From Octopus bimaculoides (Eukaryota): 64,000 nt of DNA. The translations under genes were made by a program, and so were the position numbers. The notes beneath the pieces are model-generated. The model ran no database searches. It saw only the letters and a program-made list of their open reading frames with translations, and was not told the origin of the DNA. Below are positions 57,532-64,000 of this stretch, piece after piece. The DNA lies in the NCBI RefSeq assembly GCF_001194135.2, contig NC_068982.1:162812661-162876660 (forward strand), in the 5' to 3' direction. Position 1 is the stretch's first letter, and every line of letters begins with the position of its first letter.

Positions 57532-60500
57532 TGGCAGTTCCTATTAATCTCAATGCAATTAAGAAAGATTTAACAGAAGCTTTAGGTGATAGTATTAACG
57601 CGTAAGTATCACAGTTTTTTTTAATATATTGATGTAATATCTTAGCAAAGATTTTAGGATATATTTTGTAAGGTGGTTGTTGTCAAGTATTGTAAACTGC
57701 ATTAGTTGTCATGTGTAGTTCTGATGGCTTATTTACAGATATATATACATACATACTCCCTCTCAGTTTATTGACTTATACAGCTTAAATATTTACATGC
57801 TAATAACTTTCTATTTATACACTTGTACCCACACACATTATCTCTCTCTTTCCGTATATCAACTATACCTCTAAAGTTTGCAAACCGATAGCTTTCCCAT
57901 ATATAAAATGAGGGATTTAGCGTCAGTTTCGGCGATTAGTATTGCAGTTGTTCAATCAACGAAACTACTTATTGAATTATAGTATAACAAACTAGTATCA
58001 TTAATGAAAGTTGTACCAGTAATGCAAAACTCATGCAGAATGTGACACAAAGTTAGCCACGGTACAATTCATTGAAAGAGCTTCTACACATTTTTCATCC
58101 AATTTCATAATTTCGCTGACAGAAAGTGTAGTCTAGTGAGATCAAGCTCTGGACCCTGTGATTGCAAAGAGAAATTCTTAACCATTCGGTTATATACACT
58201 CACACAGAAAAATACATATACGCATATAGAATTCATTTTGTGGTACAACAGCATGCTTCGAGTGCCTTAATACATACATCACTGTATTAACATCCCTCGT
58301 TTCATCTCCATTCATTGATGAGTGCAATTGATAAAACCGATGAACAAAACTTTAGGTATTAGTTGTAATCATTATTTAGCTTCAGGTCGACCCTAATGAA
58401 ACTGAACTATGTTGAAAGACAAGCCATGAGCATCCTCTCTTGTATATACAGGTTTACTGTGTAATGTGACTTTCCTTTTTGAAATGATAGGCTGTGACCT
58501 GACAGTTATTTTCGGAGGTCGAGTAACCACGTAGAATCTTTGTTACCTCGCATGTAATCCATTTTTTAATATATCTCATAAACATTGGCGTGCACACACG
58601 CATTTTGTGTGTGATTGCTTCAAGGATCGGAAGCAGGAAAACATTCTGAGTAGTGAAAGATTAAATAATTAGCTTCGAGTGAATAAATAAACTCTACTGT
58701 ATGTTTTTCGTTTGTGCATCCAAGCGTATATCCGGCTATCAACTTCAATCGTTGTGTAGATGAATGTAAAATTTAGGACTTATTTATTTACGTTTTAATA
58801 GGTATCCTTACCTGCTATTATCAGTGGTGTAAAAAGTTAAGGTGATCAAATCCTGATTATTAACAAGACAAGTTGGTTCGAACCTCATCCCAAATGATGA
58901 AAATGCCCTCTTAGGAGTAATATGATAGCAAAAACATTTGTAGGTATAAATCCATATATTCATATTTTCACACTGTATTGATATTCATATATACACACGC
59001 ACTGATGATGACTCTCAGCTTATTGCTGACATTCTCGACGAGAGCATGACTAACCAATTCTTGTCCCTTGATATTCCAGACAATAAACACAGGATTACTT
59101 TGACGTGCTCCCTCTTCTCAGTAATTCTCATCTCTTAGTAAAACACTCAACTTGAGCTAACGAGGAAGCTTCTATGTGGGTCGATTATCTGCTAGAAATA
59201 ATAGCTAGATATCCCTCAAATTTTCTTCCTTCATTTAAAAATGGGGGAAAGACACTTTTGATAATAAACTCGTAGATACTCCCAAATAGGCAAAATAGAT
59301 TTTCTTTGTATCTAAGTCTTTTCGACAAGTCCACATAAATAGCACCTAGTACACTCTGTAAAGTGGTTGGTGTTAGGAAGGGTGTCAAACCGTCCAACCC
59401 ATGTCAGCATGGAAAACTGATGTTAAATGATCAAGATGATGGAAAGAAAGTCCTGTCACTTATCAAGATGGGAAAGAAACAAATATTCTTTGAACTTAAT
59501 TGATATATTTAATCAAGAATAATATTTCCCCTCATACACACTCGGTCACATATTGAAAATTGTATAGCAACATGAAAAATAAAAACTATAATCTATTTTA
59601 ACATCTAACCTCCTCCATTACATAAAGTTCAACAAATTCATTCATATTCATGTAATGGAGGAGCTTAGATGTTAAAATGGATTATAGTTTTTATTTTTCA
59701 ATTTGCTATACAATTTGTCTCGTACAAAAAGACTCAGATATTCATAATAGAAAATCATAATAGTCATATCTGTACTCGTCAGTAGCTGATATAAAAACTA
59801 AAAAAGACATTAGAAGTACATAGATTTTCTCTTAGTTATCGTTTTAGGATTATTGTATTCATTCTTGCAGTCATGTCTATTTGAATCAAGATAAAAAAAT
59901 ATATATTAAGTGGGTGCTGATATATGTAATATTAAACACTGACAGTCTCTCTATGTCTGTCTATGTAAAGCTTCTTAAATGAATTATATTACTGATCAGG
60001 CTGTATTTGTATGTATGATGAGGAATCCCAAATAAGGAGGTGAATAAAATTTATAATTCAAGTATTTATTGTAAATAATAGGTTTAATCATGTTTTTAAG
60101 AAAATTTAGAAATAAATACAATATGAGTAATAAGGTCTAAATGAAGTTTAAATAAGGGGGGATTACTTACGTTATAAACTTATATAATCAGATACATACC
60201 CATACAGCCATATATACATATATGTACACATTTATACATACATAGACACATATATATATACACACACAGACATACATGCATATACAAATACATCTGTACA
60301 TGCGTGTACAGCCCATATACCTATCCCTACATACATATGCACACGTATACTCGCTCATTAGATACTTATATACAAGTAGCTAGGCATATGCCCATGTTTC
60401 ACTGCCATGTAGCATGGCTGTTCGTACACATGCATCATACAGTCTGCCTTTTACTCTGAGTGAGAGGCCCTTTGTCGCCAGCAGAGGTAAGAGCTCTCTG

Positions 60501-62795
60501 AGCTTTGCCCAGGCTATTCTTATTATAGCAGCTACACTTTCAGCGCACCCTCCCCCACTACTAACTTGGTCTCCCAGATAGCGGAAGCTATCAACTACGT
60601 CTAGTTTTTCCTTGTCTTTAAAATAGTTGAATACCTAGTGATTAATTAATCCTCAATATAATATGTCAGAAAAGAAGATAAGATGGTCATAGCTTGAATA
60701 ACAAGCTACAAAAATTTTACACAAAGTGCAGGACTTTTTATTTTGTATGTTCTCTTTGCTATTGAAGGAGAGTAGGTTTTATATTTCAATTGAAGGATGT
60801 TCTGTTGGATTATTTTCATGGAAGTTACGCTGGTCTGAAGTGCTATCTGTAGATAATGCCTGTATGTAAAAGAATGAAGATATTGGGATCAGTACAAATA
60901 ATTATACCCCCTCCTTAAATTTGGTGGGTATGTTAGAAATCATTAATATTATTCAATAAGGAGTTCCAAAACTAAATATTTAACTTTTCTTCAGGTATCA
61001 GCAGAGTCTGAAAGCATGGTTTCGACAGAAGGTATGTTTTTAAAATTTCTGTAAATTTAAAGTCAACTTATTTATTTCTGTCATAAAACGCAGAACTATT
61101 TTTATTGAAATATGCTGATATATGAAATCATTCGATAACTTTAAGAAATATATCTTGTTTTAATTGTCTTCATCTTTTTAATTTCATCTTTTTTTCTCCT
61201 TTTATCTCTCTTTTACTATGATTTCCTGGAGTGAAATGATAGTGTTGGTACTGAAGTAGGTTTTAGCACATATAATGAAAATCTGTACATTGCTAAGGAG
61301 GTCTAATGACATCAAAATAAGTCTTCAGTTGTCTCCATTATTTGACTCCTGTTATTAGTCAATGAGTTATTTTTCTTCTTTTTTTTTTTTTTGCTGAAGT
61401 ATATCTTTCTTGTTAGTTTTTAGATACCTCCGTTATTAGATATGTTAACACTTTAACTATCATCGCAAAGATTGATGTTCACATTTCAGTTTGGTTTATC
61501 TCTGAGGAAACACATGAAGTTTCTACAAAAATCTTGCACCAATATACTAGTCAGTTAGTGAAAATGAAGAATTTGTCTTTTATCTACTTAACACTAAAGC
61601 AAACGGAGTTAAACATTAACCTGTGGACCATTGTAAGTTGTTTAAAAATAGATTTGAATGGGTATCAGACAATATTTTCATATCTAATGCTTTATTTATA
61701 TCCTGATTTCCTGTAGCTATGGAGTAATTATATTATTCTACCTACAACAATGCATTATATCCTTGGGCAAGTTACATCAATCTAACTAAATTATTCCTAT
61801 AATGAAATACTTACTAACAAGGGATCTTCTACATGGTCGCTAGGCTTGCTAAAAACAGTAGACAAATCTTCTTCAGCTCATTCTCTACCATCTGAGAAAA
61901 AAATGAGGGTCATATTGGATTGTGTAGTTAGATGTTAAATGCCTGTAAAAAGATTGAGACAGTCATGATTAGAAAGCCTTTGGTCATAAGTTTGTTCATT
62001 CAGTGCTGATTTGGAGGCTACATGATAACATTTATAACAACATGTATGATATGTAAAATTGCCAACAAGGGAGAAGACATCTAAAACAGTAAAAAGAAAT
62101 CAATGTCTCATAAGCTGTTTCTTTCAATTTTTTGTTTGAAAACTATTACATACATCTCCTTATTTCTTAGATGTCAAAAGAAGAATTTGATACGGAAGCT
62201 CGGAAAATGCTAAAGGCTGACATGGGTAAGCTGCAAAAACCTATTGTTACCATAATTTATTGACATTCTCCATGTATGCATTAATTAAACATATTGAATG
62301 TCACAGTCTCTTTTGCTGCTATTTCCAGTTTGCTTTTGGGTTTTTTTCCCCCTTTTTTGTTATCTCAAGTTTTTTCATTTGTTCACTCATTGTCAAAGAG
62401 TTAATCAAATTTTTAAAATGATCAAAGGATTTAAAAGTATATTTTATGTAAAGATTTGTGTTGAATTAACTTATATTATTCAAATCAATATTTTTTTCTA
62501 TTAGTTATTGACATATCTCTGAAATTTGCTGCTCAGCCACTTGCATGTTAATTGGATCAATTGGAACTCTTGCGGGATCAATTGGAACTCTTGTTGTCAT
62601 AACTGATTGAGTGCCAGTTATAAATGAATAATAAATAAAAGAAATATATAATTTACATGAACTTACTGCCACTGTTTCTCATACATTTTTTCTTACAATT
62701 CTCAGTTTGTTTGTTTTCATCTTTTTCAGTTCACTTACACAACCGCTTCCTTTTATCCATTTTAGCCAAATGTCAAGTCTTAAGTAATACACCAG
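57531..62795 (+). CDS. TADA1: Transcriptional adapter 1 (SAGA subunit Ada1), N-terminal exons; continues beyond window
   Basis: Exons 57531-57601, 60995-61031, 62171-62225 and 62730-62795 give MAVPINLNAIKKDLTEALGDSINAYQQSLKAWFRQKMSKEEFDTEARKMLKADMVHLHNRFLLSILAKCQVLSNTP. This matches the recalled TADA1 N-terminus ([52 protein letters not shown]). Confidence 0.93.
59557..59716. repeat. ~160-bp near-perfect inverted repeat
   Basis: ~67-bp arms (2 mismatches over the inner 51 bp), 26-nt loop. Confidence 0.9.
60410..60615 (-). mobile_element. RTE RT fragment
   Basis: Reverse complement matches YLGDQVSSGGG..RIAWAKLRELLPLLATKGLSLRVK. Confidence 0.85.
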
Positions 62796-63284
62796 GTAAA
62801 ATTCTATTATTTCTTCTTCTCCATTAAAAATGTTCTTGGTTCTTGTAGCAAATGTTCTTTGTGATAAGTCATAGCCACATAGATAAGAAGTTTGCTTTGC
62901 ATTTATGCAGTTCTAGGTTTAATCCTACTGTGTAGCACCTTGGACAAGTATCTTCTATACAAAACTCCCAATTGACCAATGTTTTATAAAAGGAATTTGG
63001 TAAGCAGAAACTCTTTAGAAATATGCCATGTGTGAGTGCATATGTTGTGTATGTCATGTGTGAGTGCATATATATTTATACATGCACATATATCATTATC
63101 ACCATCATTTAATGTCCAAGTTGCCATGCAGTGGGACTGAGCTTGAAACTGTGGTTGGAAAGCAAACTTCATGACCACGGAGCCACAACCACACAGTCTT
63201 GGGTTCAGTTCCACTGCATAGCATCTTGGGCAAATGTCTTACACTACTTTTGAACGGATTTGGTAGATACATACTGAAAGAAGC

Positions 63285-64000
63285 CTGTTATTCATCATAG
63301 TCCTCCAGGCAATAACAGAGAAATTCAAGACAGGATGCCCCTGGAAGCTTCTCTTTGATGATGACCTTGCTCTAGAGGAGAAGTTTCAGGTGTGGAAGCA
63401 AGGACTAGAATTGAAGGGCCTTAGAGTCAACCTAGCAAAAAAACCAAAGTCTTAATAAGTAGGAAGGCAGACAAACCACGAATCCCTTCAGATAGATGGC
63501 CCTGTGTGATCGGTAGAAACTTCATAAGATGTACCCAGTGTAAGCTATAGACACATAAGTGCAGCAATATCAAAGGAAGGCTAACTGGGAAGAAAGTTTT
63601 TGTGTGTGGTAAATGCTCAGGACCAATAAACACTGAAAATGTGCCGAAAAGACTCCATCACATTCCAGGGAGAAAACTACAAGTAGTTGATAGCTTCCAT
63701 TACCTAGGTGACCAAGTCAGTAGCAGTGGGGCCGATGCTCTGAAAGTGTAGTTGCTAGAATAAGAATAGCCTGGGCAAAGTTCAGATAGCTCCTACCTCT
63801 GCTGGTGACAAAAGGCCTCTCACTCAGAGTAAAAGGTAGGCTGTATGACGCATGTGAGCAAGTAGCCATGCTACATGGCAATGAAACATGGGCTGTGACT
63901 GCTGAGAACATGCGTAAGCTTGCAAGGAATGAAGCCAGTATGCTCCACTGGATATGTAATGTCAGAGAAAAGTTGGACTTAAGAAGCATCAGATGTGTAC
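63285..64000 (+). mobile_element. RTE-clade LINE RT fragment in TADA1 intron
   Basis: Same family as 14416 and 22425 copies; frameshifted. Confidence 0.9.

Noticed and set aside
58830-58890. B-box-like ggttcgaacc suggesting a tRNA gene
   Set aside because: No acceptor stem or cloverleaf could be formed; at most a decayed SINE head.

Overview
AT-rich, microsatellite- and retroposon-rich animal genomic DNA with several N-gaps. The repeat landscape suggests an octopod cephalopod (inference). Manual splicing gives three genes that the ORF track largely misses: the 3' end of TECPR1 (+, 8 coding exons, 628-17213), a complete SURF4 (-, 4 coding exons, 57002 to 33866, 270 aa) and the 5' start of TADA1 (+, 4 exons from 57531, continuing past the window). 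SURF4 and TADA1 are head-to-head (ATGs ~530 bp apart) over a CpG-retaining promoter carrying CRE, ETS and twin CCACGTC motifs. Introns and intergenic DNA hold many RTE LINE fragments and tails, CR1-like LINE ends, tRNA-derived SINEs, a near-full-length Hsmar1-like mariner, a hAT MITE, a Helitron-like end, fold-back elements and degenerate minisatellites. The most unusual signals are a complete C4HC3 PHD finger inserted inside the reverse transcriptase of the RTE family, that family's modular hairpin-array 3' UTR, and long fold-backs in or near transcribed regions. No database searches were possible; homology calls rest on recalled protein motifs.
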